This document shows positions 26,470-40,268 of a stretch of DNA of 64,000 nt, in pieces. The DNA lies in the NCBI GenBank assembly GCA_963693365.1, contig CAVNZM010000001.1, forward strand, positions 11,558,161 to 11,622,160, written 5' to 3'. Origin of the DNA: Amoebidium appalachense. Taxonomy: Eukaryota > Protista > Ichthyosporea. The notes beneath the pieces were generated by a model. That model was given only the letters and a program-made list of their open reading frames with translations, was not told the origin of the DNA and made no database searches. Made by a program: the position numbers and the translations under genes. Positions within the stretch are counted from its first letter, which is position 1, and every line of letters begins with the position of its first letter.

Positions 26470-28422
26470 GTGTTGAATGAGTGTTTGCGTGCGTGCGTGT
26501 GCGTGGTTGGTGTGCGTATGTGGTGTGTGTTCGTGGTGCGCCCGGGAGGGGGACGGGGGGGAAGGGGGGTATACGTGCATGTGTTAGTGTGTGTGTGTGT
26601 GTGTGTGTGTGGCCTCTATCTGTGTGCTCACACACACATGCATGCACATGCACACTCTCAAATGTCTATGCATATGACACACACACACAAACACCCACCA
26701 ACTTTCCCACCCAGCTAAATGTGCACATATACTCTCACACAGGTCCCAACCTCCGCAAAAAAACATCCCTGCTCCTTAACATCCAACCCTTCACAGCCCA
26801 CGCAACCAGACACACACAGATTTTGTCAAAGTGAATCCTTTTCATATGCAGGAATACAGAGGCTATCCCCCCCCCCCCCCCCCCCCTCCTCTCCCCTTCC
26901 CCCCTCCCCCGAGCGCACACAAACCCACCACGGTCACCTGAGGCCCTCTCTATTCCCCCTTCACCCCCCCCCCCTCGCCCCCCCCACCCCCCGCCCACCC
27001 TCACCTTCCATCACCCATCACTCTCCCCATCACCTTTCCTTCCTCCCCAACCACCACCACACCATCACCATCAATTCCCTTCCTCCGTTCCCCACTTCCC
27101 CCCCCCCCATCCCTACCTCCCCAATTCCCTTCCCCCGTTCCTGCTTCCCCCCCATCCCTACCTTCCCCATTTAACACCCCTTAACCGTTTCCCCTCCCCC
27201 CCCCCCCCCCTTTCCCCCATCCCTTCCTCCCCTTCCCCCCACTCCCCACCCCCAAACACACGCATGCACACGCACACACCTGCGTAGCGCTGTATGTGTC
27301 TATCGCCTGCTGCAACAAATCCTTAGTCAAATAAGTCAAAGACAGCCCCTCCACCACCTCTTCCTCCTCCTCCTCCTCCTCCTCCTCCTCCACCCCATCC
27401 TCCATCCCATCTATCCCTTCCCCTACACCTCCCGCTGCAAAATCGTTCGTTTTTCCCGTCTCTTCCTCCACCGGTGGAAAAGTCATGTTTCCATCCAAAG
27501 GTGCGGGCCCGTTTATGTCCAAACCCAGGGCGTCGTGACTCGAGTCGCTATCGCCCAGACCGCTAAGTTCGAATTGAAGTCGCGACTCTTGCTTGCGCTG
27601 TTGCCATTGCCCGGCCCGTGGCTGGGAAAGAAAGAAAAAGGAGGGGGGGGGGGGGGAGGGGGGGAAGTTAAAACGCGTTATAGTGTACGGATTACACATT
27701 CATAACGGACAATGAAGTGGCGAGTGCAAAGCACACACAATGAGTAAGCATAAAAAGAAGAGCCCAACCTCAACGGGGCCCGAGTCACCCGCAGGTGAAG
27801 GGGAGGCGAGGAGGGGGGGGGGGAGACTTTCGAATTATTGGCGTGAGTTTTCGCCCATTTTCTATTTGCTTCCGTTCCTTTCTTTCTTTCTTTCTTTTTC
27901 CTTCTATTGTTTTTGTTGTTCTTGTTGGTGTTGCAGGTGTTGTTTCTTGGCAGAACAAAGGCGGGGAGGGGGGGGGGGGGGGGGAGGAGGGAGGGACCAT
28001 GTAGTAAAATGAACATGAACCCCTCTCAAGTAGTTCAGCTTTTGCCTTCAGGAGCGTGTGTGCATGCGACTGTTAAACTCCTTTACGCATTTCTCATTTA
28101 TGCTACCTCTTGCATGTGTACATGTACAAGTGATTAGATGCATTGAATCAAGATGGTGCGGGTGTGAGTGCCTCAATTGTAGGTGTGCGTGTGGGCGCGT
28201 GTGAGATCGCGCACTCACGTGTATGTATGTGTGTGCGGGTGCGCGTGAGTGCGCACGCGCGCACAAATGTGTGTGTGTGTGTGTGTGTGTGTGTGTCAGT
28301 GAATGCCGTTGTGTGTGTATGTGCCTGTGTGTGCACATGGCGCACGAATATTGATTAAGGGCTCTCCTGGTGCAGGTGTGAACCCATGTGCGTGGGTTTT
28401 TTTTTTTCTTTCCTTTTTTTTT

Positions 28423-28453
<31 letters not shown>

Positions 28454-29308
28454 GGGGGGGAGGGGGGAGGGGGTAGGAGAAAGGGGGAGGGGGGAAGGGG
28501 TGGTAGTAGGTGTCCGTATGCAGTAAAGTCAGTCACGTACCAGACTGCTTGTCGAACCAGGTGAGCCCCGAAGGGAGTAGCCAGAGGCAGCACGGGGCAA
28601 CTTTGGGGTTGCGCTGGGAACAAACCCGTAGAGTGATTGGAAGGGGGAAGCAGTGAAAATGGAGTGTAGAAACGGTCGTGTGGGTGCTGGATGACCTGAC
28701 GCAGCTGCTTGGAAAACAGACTCGTTGATGTAAGGAACATCGCGTGGTGGTTGCTTACCAGCACCCACACAGAAAAACGTTTTTGTTCTGGATGCCAGCT
28801 GGATCGCCATTATGGCCGCTAGATCCGGCTGCAAGTTAGGTCCATCGATGCACGAGAAACAGAATTTGTTTCGGCACTTGTTCACGTTTCCACACCCGAC
28901 AGTTAGCTGGTGATAGTATGCGCGGACTTTGATTTCAAACTGTGTCTTTGACGCTGCGCTCTGCGACCGTGGATCATTGTATGAGCGTGCTGGTGTTGCC
29001 AGCTTGAGCGAGAGGTTACCCTGTGAGAGAGCGTGAAGATTGCTTGCGCTCAATGTTCTCGTTTTTAGATTTCCTATGTTTAGTTCGCTAACACTCCTAT
29101 GCTTCAACCCGGGGCCATTTGGGATGGAATTCAAGGAGCCGGCGTGCAGCGATGTTGGGTAGGATGGGGGGTGTAACGGGGTGGTGCCCAACTTTGGGGA
29201 TGTTGGGGTTGGGGAAAGTGGATGTACGGGCGATGATGCTGTGTTCGCCCTTTTACGTCCTATTCCCTCCCAGGGCCTATCTGCCGGGTTCGCCCCGTTG
29301 ACAGGCAT
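18242..29308 (-). CDS. UBE3A: HECT E3 ubiquitin ligase with an N-terminal AZUL zinc-binding domain (UBE3A/E6AP family), 10 exons: 29308-28541, 27621-27280, 26218-25817, 24529-24390, 23610-23364, 22644-22422, 21711-21554, 20476-20294, 19674-19384, 18565-18242 (~1025 aa)
   Basis: AZUL motif [27 protein letters not shown] motifs: [86 protein letters not shown], catalytic LPTALTCF, terminal GFGLV. Orthology to UBE3A rather than HECTD2 is inferred from the AZUL domain. Confidence 0.93.
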
Positions 29309-30176
29309 ATTTTTTGCTTGGCGGGTTTGGGGACTAGCCCAACCCTGGTTTTTAATAGAAAACTACCCGTTAGGCCAAATAAAAAAGAAAAAAGATCTTT
29401 GCGTTGGTAAGAAATGGGGATGGAAAAACAAGTGCTTGCTGGCCAGGTCTGTTTGATCAAAAAGCGTGTCCTCCAGAACTTGGGGTAAATAAATGATAAC
29501 AAAGAACAACCAAGGGACAGCCTAGAAAAAAAGCAGAAGGGTGTTCGTATACACCTTCTACGCTATGATAGTGAACAGCCTGATAACACGAATTTTGTTG
29601 GTGCAAAAAAAAACGAACACCCTCCGAATCCCTCGCCTTGTCACAAAATGGTAAAACTGCAGTGTCATCTTCACCCCGTCGTGAAGCGAGGTACCATCCC
29701 ATCAACGTTTGAGCTGTATAATTTTTTTTGAAATCCTTTAAACAAACATTAAAGGCTGATGTATTAGTGTAACGAGCATGATATCAGTCGTGTGTTTTGG
29801 TTATTACGGGCTATTACTGCATTCTTCACCCGTGTGATAAATGATTGACAACGCCTCCTAAATATTCAGGAGGCCTTGATGATTGAGGCTGTGCAATGAG
29901 GAGCTCTCATTTTTTGAAGTTTACTCTGAACGTCTGTCACACAACTGCTGTCATCCGTGTAGGCGTTGCTTTCGCTCAGTATCTCATGTTTTTTGTTTGC
30001 AGCGTTATGAAATCAGAATTATAACTGGCACTTTCAAGTTTCGGAGTTCAAGGACGCATGCGCGTGGAAAACCACTTGAGCCCCAAGTTCAATTGATGTA
30101 TCTCTTACAGGTTAACATGATCCATGCTTTCCAACACCACTAGGACCCGTGATTTTCCGTCAATTTATTTGGTGTT

Positions 30177-30350
30177 CAATAGCAAATCTAACACATTGAC
30201 GCTCCTACATAAGCTCATCCTTGTTTTGAGTAGCAAAATTAATCTATGGACGCATCTATGTAACAATAGCAATCTAACACATTGACGCTCCTACATAAGC
30301 TCATCCTTGTTTTGAGTAGCAAAATTAATGTATGGACGCATCTATATAAC
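30177..30350. repeat. Tandem duplication (~87 bp x2) in the divergent intergenic region
   Basis: CAATAGCA(A)ATCTAACACATTGACGCTCCTACATAAGCTCATCCTTGTT..GGACGCATCTAT starts at 30177 and again at 30264. Confidence 0.9.
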
Positions 30351-31026
30351 ACCAATCCTGGTTTTGAGTAGCCACATGAACCTATGGACAGTCCTAGGTA
30401 GCCCCATCCCTCCTTTCCTCCACGCCAAGCAGAACCGCCGTCCACACAGACAAGATGGCGGGGATTAGTCACGAGCAGATCGGCTCGGGCTCGGATAACT
30501 CATTTGACTCGCCAAGACGAACAAGTTTCAGTGATGTTATGGGGCACCAGGAGGAGTAGGTTCCCCTCTCCCCTCCTCCCCCCCCCCCCCCCCCCCCCCC
30601 CCAACCCAACACCCCATCTCCTCCTCCTCCCCCATACACCTACCTTTACTCCCTCCTCCAGTACTGGTTTTGTTAGTGGCGATCGGGGGGAACGTGGGGG
30701 GCAAGGGGAGAGAAAGGAGGGGAAGGGGGGGGGGGGGGAGGGGGAGGGGAGGGGGGAGGGGGGGGGAGAAAGGGCTTTAGGCCGACTGAACGAGTCTCTT
30801 TAGGTTTTTTGGGAGAAAGGATGGCGGGAAAGGATCGGGGGTAATGTGGGGGACAGGGGAGGGGCAGGAGGGACGGGGGGAGGGGCAGGGGGAGGGGGTG
30901 GGTGGGCAGGGATTTGGGCTTGAGGGTGAGTATAAGAATGTGTTTGGGTTATCTGGGAAAGAGGGAGATGGGAAAGGAAATTCGGGGAGGGCGTGGGGGG
31001 TGGGGGGCGGGAGGGGAGGAAAGGGC

Positions 31027-31057
<31 letters not shown>

Positions 31058-31310
31058 GGGGGAGGGGAATGCACACAGCGAGGCGACCTGAACAAGACTC
31101 CGCCGTGCTCGGCACCGCTTTCTCCCTCACAGGCCTTCCTTAGTATTCATCGAAGGGCTAAAGGGGCGTGTTGTTGCAGGTACAGCTATATTTAACGAGT
31201 TGTTGAACACACAAAACATAATTTATTTCGTTTTTGCCGGTTGATGCCAGCCAACGTGTACACCACAAAAGCTCGTCCCTTGCTGATTTGTTTGAAAATG
31301 CAGGTCGGCC

Positions 31311-32941
31311 ATGAGTATCGATGATCTTGACGACTTCGGCCGCTTGAGCCGCTTTGAGCAGTTGGTGACAGCCGCCAACGCGATCCTTCACTCCAGAACA
31401 TACTTTGTTGTCTATATTTTGATGATCTTGCTGAGCCTAACTACAGTGGTGTGGGTGTGTTTTCCTCCCCTCGTGACCTAACCGTCCCCTATTGCCTTAC
31501 CTACCCACCTCTCTTTCCCCATCCCTCCCCCCCCCTCCCCCCCCTCCTCCCCTTCCTCCCCTCCCCTCCCCCCCCCCCCCCCCCCCGATTAAAAAAAAAG
31601 GAAAGAAAAATCCACCCCCGTCCATTTTTATTGACTGACATTTCTATTTTTCTGGAACCTTCAATACTACCTTTTTTGGGTAAAATGCCCATTGCTCGTG
31701 CAATACTTGCCGCAGATCAACAGGCAGCTGGCCTAGGTGTCTAGCGGGTCTTTCACCTCTCCGCCCCCACCTCCCCTCCCCCCCCCCCCCTCCCCCCCCC
31801 CCCCCCCCCCCCCGCCTGCCTGCCCCCTTCCTCCCTCCCGGAGGCTCTCACTCTCCCTTCACCTCACCCCCGCTTTCCCAGGGCTCTCTCTCTTTCCCTT
31901 CCATCCCCCCCTTGCCCCCCCCCCGCCCCCCCTCTCCCTTCCCACCTCTTCTGCTGCTCTACTTCCTTTGTATCTTTCAACTCGTACATGAATGACAGAG
32001 CCCTTTCTGACCCCGACCAAAACATGCAGACGTTTGTGGACCCATCACCGGACGAGTTTGTGTTTTGGGTCATTGAGGCAATTATCATTTTGGTGATGTT
32101 TGGGGAGATGTGCTTCAAATTGCTGGCTATGGGGGTGAAGGTAGGTGTGGGTGTGGGGGGGGTGTGGGGGGAGGGGAGGGGGTGTGGGTAGGTTCCGGGG
32201 GGGTGGGGGGGGGGGATGGGGGGGGGGGGGGGGGGTGGGTGGGTGGGTGGGGGTGTGTGTGTGTGGGTGTGTGGAATCAGATTAATGCGTGTGGATGTGC
32301 GTGTTGAATGCTAACACACACATGCACACACACACACACACACACACACTGACGCTGCCCCCCCCCCCCCCCCCCCCAGAACTACGTGGGCAACCTTGGC
32401 AACCTTGTTGACGTGTTTGTGCTTGTGCTTGTGCTTGTGACCCTGGGCATGTATGCACACACACTGCGCCTCGCAGACGACCACAAGGCAGCAACAGTAG
32501 AGAGGGTATAACCACTCCCCCCCCCCCCCCCCTTCCCCGGCCCGCCCCGCGCCGCCAAAAAAAAAGTGAAGAAAAGAAGATGGGGGGAGGGGGAGGGGGT
32601 AATCGTGTTATGTTTTGAGCTTTGCTTCGGTTTTCCTTGTTTGTTTGTTTTTTTTCCTCCCCTTCTCCCGTCCCCTCTTCTCATTTCCCCTCCTCCTTCG
32701 TCAGTCCGTCTCTACCCCCTAATCCATGTGCCCGTCATCAGGGTCCCGCCTCCGCTCCCCTCCCATTCCCCTCCTCCCCACCCCCCACCCCACCCCCCTC
32801 CCCCCTCTGATTGTGGGGCCTGTTCGAATTTCTCTTGCCTGTGTATGGTTCGTGGTTTCTTTTGCTTGTTTTCACAATCTTGTTCCCCATTCTGCTCTGC
32901 AGTACCTTCGTTTTTTTCACCATCAAAAAATTCTCTCTCTC

Positions 32942-32974
<33 letters not shown>

Positions 32975-33894
32975 AATAATAACACAAGGACACCGGTGTT
33001 TGAACAAAGAGCCCCCCCCCCCCCCCAACAACAACAACAACGACAACAACAACAAAAAATTGGAGAGGGGGCTGGGGGCTGTTTTTCTTTGTTTGTTTGT
33101 TTTTTTTTGGGGGGGGGGGGGGGGGGGGGGGGTATTCAAAACACACGGGAGTAGTGGAGAGATATACTAGTTAGGAGGGGAAGATGGGGGGGGGGGGGGG
33201 GGGGGGGGAGGGGGAGGATCTGAGGAGGGGACATGGTAATTATGACCCGTGTCCCTATTGTTTATGGGTGGAAGGGTTGCGTGCCTGGCGAGTGTTGTTT
33301 TTTTTTTTTTTTTTTTGGGGGGGGGGGGGGGGGGGAGGGGGGGGGGGGGGGACGGGAAGGCGGGCGGGGGGGGGGGGGGGGGGGAGGTGCATTGGCAGCG
33401 TGACAGGCGGATATATCGTTACATCGACAGTTTGGAGTGACTGCTAAACCCCCCTACCCCCCCCATCAGGATATTGGTTTGGTGGTGTACATCTTCCGTA
33501 ATGTGGCCCAGATCCTACGAGTCATCGTCATGATCAAAAAGTATGACCTCCCCCCCCCCCCCCCCCCTCCCCTCCCCCCCCCCCTCCCCCCACTCCCCCC
33601 CTCCCCCCCCCCCCCTCCCCCCCCCCCACACACACACACATACACCCTCAAAACCCACACCTCTAAACGCACACCCGTTTCTGCTTCCTGTTCCTTTTGC
33701 GCTGATAGATTAAGCACAAATCCACATACACGCACAATGTTCTCTGATCTCCGTCATCTCATCCACCACAGCGTCCTCTTTTTTTTTTTTTTTTTTTTTT
33801 TTGGGGGGGGGGGGGGGAGGGGGGGGGGGAAGGTAAACGGTCTACTGTGCGGTGTGTGGGCGGGTGTGCGTGTGGGTGCGTGGGTGTGTGCGTG

Positions 33895-33972
<78 letters not shown>

Positions 33973-34140
33973 GGGGGGGGGGGGAGGGGGGGGGAGGGGG
34001 GGGGGAGGGGGGGGGGGAGGTAACGGTTTAACAGTTTACTGTGAGATAAACGTAGTCAGCAAAAAGGCAACAATAAGGATACCATTCTGCCCTACCCCTT
34101 CTCCCCCTGCCACCCATCAAATGCATCCGCGCGCACACAC

Positions 34141-34177
<37 letters not shown>

Positions 34178-34447
34178 GCACAAGCACAAGCAGACAGGTT
34201 ATGTTGTTCATGTGTACCTGTTAAAGTAACGTACTAGTGAAGGGGGGAGGGGGGGAGGTTTCTCTGCAACTTTCCAGGTACGACTGTGTATGTTTTTATT
34301 CTGACGATTCTTTTTTAATTTTTGATCAGCCAATCAACACGGTCGCTTGGGCACAAAGATGTCGACATGATGAGGATACGACTGAGCCACGACACAGACC
34401 CCCTCACGGCCTACAGTCCCGCAGCCGCCGTAGATGACAACTACTGA
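31311..34447 (+). CDS. Stand-alone voltage-sensor-domain-like (S1-S4, ion-transport fold) 4-TM protein, exons 31311-31454, 32030-32140, 32380-32505, 33470-33540, 34330-34447 (189 aa; may extend further 5')
   Basis: S1 TYFVVYILMILLSLTTVVW, S2 WVIEAIIILVMFGEMCFKLLAMG, S3 GNLVDVFVLVLVLV, S4 YIFRNVAQILRVIVMIK. GT-AG introns with consistent phases. No S5-S6 pore before the stop codon. Confidence 0.8.
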
Positions 34448-35499
34448 TTGCCAACGGGCACGTGACACGTAAAGGAGACCGTTTATTGGTTGAATATCAA
34501 CCGTTTTTTAATTAGGGGCACTACTTGGCTCCTAATCCCTTGCCGTCTATACAACCAAAAGTAAGCTCGCGCACACACGTGTACACAAGCACACACACTC
34601 ACACACTCACACACTCACACACACTACACACACACTCACTCACTCACTCACACACACTCACACACTCACACACACTCACACTCACACTCACACACACTCA
34701 CACACTCACACACACTCACACACACAAAGGTACACGTGAACGAACGAAATGAATGAATGACTAACTTTTGAAAGTGGCCTCTAATGTAGTTTACGAGAGA
34801 AAGCCTTGCATGCATTCGAGTTAATTTTAGTTTGATCTAGGTTTCCTATATGTATCATCTCGGTGCATTTTTTAATCTTGGGTTTATTTAACCTCTCGCA
34901 CTATATATACTGGAAAGAGAGGTTTGACGTTCAAGTGCTCCGTAGAAGGAAGGGTTAAGGACTGGTTTTTTTTTGGAGCGTCTTGCTGGCAAGGCTCGTT
35001 ATCGTTACGTTCTCTTTTTATGACTATCTTTCTCGGTCAAAGTGTAATTTTTCCCCCCGCTTTTTTCAAGGTTTACCCCATACATAAAATATTGCAGTGT
35101 GACTCACTGGAAGTCAAAGGTACAAAGATGCCGTGAAACGCGCTCTCCCTCTCTCTCTCTCTCTCCCCTCCCCCTTTCCCCTTCCTTCACACATACACAC
35201 ACACTCTCTCTCTCTCCCTGTCTCCCCCCTCCCCCCCTCCCCCCCCCGGGGGCTTCTCCCCCCCTCTTTTCCCCTAGTCACACTCCATCCCTCCTCAGCT
35301 CTTTCCTCTCGAGCTCAGCTCTTTCCTCCCCCACCCCCCCACCCCCCCCCCACCCCCCACCCCCCCCCCTCTTTTTTTTTCCCTCCCTTCTTCTTTTCCT
35401 CCTCGCCTCGTTCCTCTAGGGTAATAAATGGGCTGAGTCCGTATGTTAATGTTGGCGGGGAGGGAGGGGGCCTCATTTTTATAATGAATGTGGGGTTCA

Positions 35500-37005
35500 A
35501 CCAATCATGGACCATGGCCACACATCGCATCATCAAGACTTAGGATGGTGAAACTTCAGCTGTTATGTGGACGACCAGTGATTTTGTTACCCTGGTGCTG
35601 CACATCCGAGCAGCGAGACTGCACACATGCAAAGGTGTGCATATGATACATTTCGCATTTGGGCGGTCGCCAGTTTGTAGCTCCATTGGTAGAGCATTTT
35701 GTACTGCCAGAATTACCACGGCAGGACCACTTCCAATGAAAATGTTATGGGTTCAAAATAAGATTGTTAAAGTAATCCTAACTTTTCAAATTCTACCACT
35801 CCTCGATCCATAACTCGTTCATACTGTTAAAGTATATGGTTCCTTAAGTTAACACTTGAATTCTCCTCATACTGATTGTACTAACTCGTTTCCTATAACT
35901 GGAATAGCTGATAACATGTTAGTCACACAGTTGCCATGGCATCAGATTTATCATACCGATAAATTGACACGAAGACTCACCTTCTTATCTATACGATAAG
36001 CAGTTTCTCGCATTAATTGTGTTTTGCAACTTGCACCGTTTCAGGATTTCAAATTGCACACCAAGTGCTTTTTCAACTAGCTGGATTTCATAATTCAGTG
36101 CTACTGTGATTGTAATCAGTGTAAATTATGTCAAAAAGGATCATATGACCATGAAAGTTTCTCAATACATGCAGTGGATACTGATGTTCCGGTATCATAG
36201 GGCAATCTTTTTTGTGAGACTTAGGCCAGTGGTGTGCCACTGGTTTTTCGACACGACATGGGAGGAAAGGGAACATGTGTGGGTGTGTCTGTGGGTGTGT
36301 GTGTGTGTGTCTGTGTGTCTGTGTGTGCGTGTGTGCTACATGTGTGCGTGTGCATGTGTGTACGCGAGCGCGCGCGCGCCCGTAGCCGCGCACCCACGTA
36401 TGTGTGTGTGTGAAAGGTTAAGGACCAGGTCAAGGATGGGGGTTGGGTTTAATGGCTGAGGAGTAAGAGGGAAGGGACTGTGACTTAAAAAAAAAAAAAA
36501 AAAAAAAGAAGAAGTCCCTTGTTTTTCGAGAGCATCTCCATCATCATCATGTGTGTAGTCTCATAAAGACAGTATTATTTCAGCATTTGTTTATGGCGAC
36601 CAAGACTTTCCAAGCATGCGTTATGGCTGCAGCGAAAGCTTCAAAAAACTGCTTCTCAAGGTGAGATGCAAGGACGTATGGGCTGGTCACTTGGATGTGT
36701 GTGTGTGTGTGTGCACCGCTGATAGTATAGTTTGGCACTATTTTTGGTGCTTGATTGTGGGGAAAAGGATTTCATATGGTTTGATACACTGTTCGTAATA
36801 GCCATCGAATTGGCTCCGCCAGCCATGCCAGGCTAAACATTCTGTCCATAAAAACTTATCAAGTTGCAACTCTTACTAGACAACCTCCGTTTTCATATTT
36901 ACGTTTTCATTCTTCGTCATAAAGGTCTGCATCTTCCCACAGGAGAGCAAAGAGAGGGGCATGAATTTTCCGCCCACCTACCCCTGGTTGTACATGCCCG
37001 TTTGC

Positions 37006-37036
<31 letters not shown>

Positions 37037-37219
37037 GCCGCCGCGGGACCCCGATGCCTCCCAACCTTTAAACGCGATTCGCAGTTCGTGTGCGGAGGAG
37101 TGGGGGGGAAGGGGGGGGGGGGGGGGGGGGAGGAAGGTCAGGAACAGTAGATTCAAATATCCACAAACCAAATTTATTGTATTATCACCCTGCCAGTGAA
37201 TCTTGGGGAAAGGTGGGCG

Positions 37220-37253
<34 letters not shown>

Positions 37254-37422
37254 AGATTGCCGCTACTAACTTTTGGTGGTCACTTGTAACGACGTCATAC
37301 TTTAAGCACGTAACAAGCAGTATGGCTTAGTTTCTAATTTCCTACGTTTGGTTGCGCCATACGGCACATATTTCATCACACAGCCTATGTGATTACGGTA
37401 TTGGTTCTGTAAGTTCTGTAAC

Positions 37423-37458
<36 letters not shown>

Positions 37459-39195
37459 CTCCCCCCCGTTCCCCCACCGGAAAAAAAACATTCCACATCG
37501 ATACCCATCCTATGCCAATATTTGCTACCCGGTCCACCTACTCGCCTAACCACCCACAACCACACACCCACACACACACACACAAACACACACACAAACT
37601 CCTCTTCAACACTCTCCTCTCCCCCCCACCTCCCCCTCCCCCCCCCCCCCCCCCCCCCCCAACCCCACCCAACCCCACCCCCTCCCCTCCCCCCTCCACC
37701 CCCACTTCAGTTTGGTGCCACTTTCGGCTCTTGATTGTGGGACAGGATCTGTTTTCAGATTTATGTTTTAGTTCTTCGTCACATAGGTCTGCATCTCCCA
37801 AAATGAGAGTAACGGGAAAGGGTATGGTGTTCTCCACCTACCTATACCTGGTGCCACCTGCCCGTGTGCAACCCCCTCCCTCTCTCGCTCCCCCCCCCCC
37901 CCTCCCCCCCCCCCCCCCAAACACACACACACACACACACACACATGCCTCCCGATCTCTGCACACGATGGCGCAAGTCGTGCGCTGAGGGGGAAGGCAA
38001 GAGGGGAAGGGGGGAGAGGGGGGGGGGGGGGGGGGGGGGAGGGGGGGGCAGGAACAATAGATTTGAGTGTCCACATAACAGTATTTATTCATGGCATTGA
38101 TTATGTGCCCCCCCCCCCCCCACCTCTCCACAAGATTCACTGGGGGGGGGGGAGGGGGGGAGGGGGTGGAGAGAGGGGGAGGGGGGAGGGGGGAGAAGGC
38201 GGGGAGGGGAAGGAACTCTCGAGATTTATGTTAGGTTCATAAGCTATATTGTATGGAAGTATGGGCCAAAAGGTAACATATCATGCATTCCACTAGCTAC
38301 GGTTACTAAATATTTCCTTATCGCCATCTTGCCATTAAATGCTTTTTTCAACAGATGGTATTGCCGTCACTAATGTTGGTGGTCACCTGTTATGACGCCA
38401 TACTTTTAAGCACGTAACAAGAAGTATAGCTTCGTTTCTAATTTCTTACGTTCAGTTGCGCCAGACGGCACACATTTCATCACACAGCCAATGTGATTAA
38501 GGTTTTGGTTCTATAACTACCCCCCCCCTTCCCCCCCTCCTCCCCACCTCCCCCACTGGAAGAAGAACTTTGAAACATTCCAGATCGATACCCATCCTAT
38601 GCAAATATTTCCTGTCCGGTCCACACACTCTTCACCTAACCACCCACAACCACACATCCACACATCCACACAAACACACACACAAGCTTCTATTCAACAC
38701 CCTCCCCTCCTGAGCCTCCCCACCCTCCCCCCCCCCCCCCCCCCCTCCCGCCCGCCCCCCCGGTCCCCTCTCCTTCTCCTTGACTTCCTTTCCCTCTTTC
38801 TCCCCCTACAGCCTCCTTCCCCCCCCCCCCCCCCCCCCCCTCCCCCCCCCCCCCCCCGGCCTGCGGCACCCACCCACCACCAGATCTTTAAGTTCCAACC
38901 TTCTCTTCAGAATCTTTCCGATTGCTCTTTTGCCCTGTAAGGTGAAAAGAACAAGGCTGCACAGGGAGGGGGAAATGGTGGGGGGGTTGGGGGTTAGGGG
39001 GGAGATTGGGGGGGGGGGGTTATTGGTGCATGTGAGCTGCTTTCATTTCCGAAGCACTTTGTTTCTCGAGACTCTTTCTCTTTCCCCCCCCCCCCCCCTC
39101 CCCCTCCCCATTCTCTCTATTCCCTGTCTGTGTGTGTGTGTGTGTGCGTGTGTGTATGCGTGTGCGTGTGCGTGTGCGTGTGCACGCGCCTGTGT

Positions 39196-39243
<48 letters not shown>

Positions 39244-40106
39244 GGTTGGCTAGGGTGTGCACAATTGTGGGTACGTAGGTGTGTATGTGCGTATGTGCGT
39301 GCGACCCTGTGTGTGCGTGACTGAACATGTGCGTCTGCATGTGCGTGTGTGCATTATGTTCTCATTTTCTTCCTCCCGTTCTCTTTCTCTCTCTCCCCCT
39401 CTCTCTTTTATTTCTTTTTGTTTTTTTGGAGGGGGGTAGGGGAGGGGGGGGGGGGGGGAGGAGGGGGGCTCAGATTTACCGTGCATGTGAGGCCAATCCA
39501 TGGCTGCCATGATGCCACAATGCATCATGTCGACTCGGTCTAATAAACCTTCAGCTGCTACGAGGACGACCAGTGATTTCAACACCCTGGCTTTCACTAT
39601 CACTCCCAACTATGCGCACATGCGTATGCAGGTGCAAGGGATATGTATGTTTCCCTTTGGGCTGGTCGCCACTTCGAACAAAAATTCAACAGGACATAGC
39701 AATACATGCAGTGTCTGCATTAATTGTGGTCCTGAAACTGCACCGATTCAGAATCTTAAATCAATGGTTTTTTCAAGTTAGCCCGAAGGCCATAATTCAG
39801 TGCAAGTGCAATTGTGATCCCGAACTGTGATGCCTTCAAATGGTGCTTTAACATAGTGACTACAGTAGTTCCTAACAAAGGCATTTTGATGGTAGTGATT
39901 AGAAAGGTGCCTAAAGTATCGGATGAATATTTCAGTTTTGATTACATAACGATTGTCAAAAAGCAGCATATGACTATCAAAGTTTCTAAATGCATGCAGT
40001 GGAGACTGAGGTTTCGTTATCATTGCGTATTTTTTTTTTTGAGACTCAGTACTAATAGAACAGTGGTGTGGTTTTTCGACACAGTGTGAAGGGGAAGAGA
40101 GCATGG

Positions 40107-40198
<92 letters not shown>

Positions 40199-40211
40199 AC
40201 GCGTGTGTGTG

Positions 40212-40268
<57 letters not shown>

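Noticed and set aside
27755-27830. Possible small extra exon in the HECT gene
   Set aside because: The flanking exons already join in phase 0 and the candidate acceptor is weak.
35668-35740. TAGCTCCATTGGTAGAGC, similar to a tRNA D-arm / A box
   Set aside because: No anticodon stem, T-arm (GTTC) or acceptor stem follows.
37290-37400. Box C-like GTGATGA on the minus strand of a triplicated block (snoRNA?)
   Set aside because: The motif is lost in the third copy, and there is no consistently placed box D or terminal stem.
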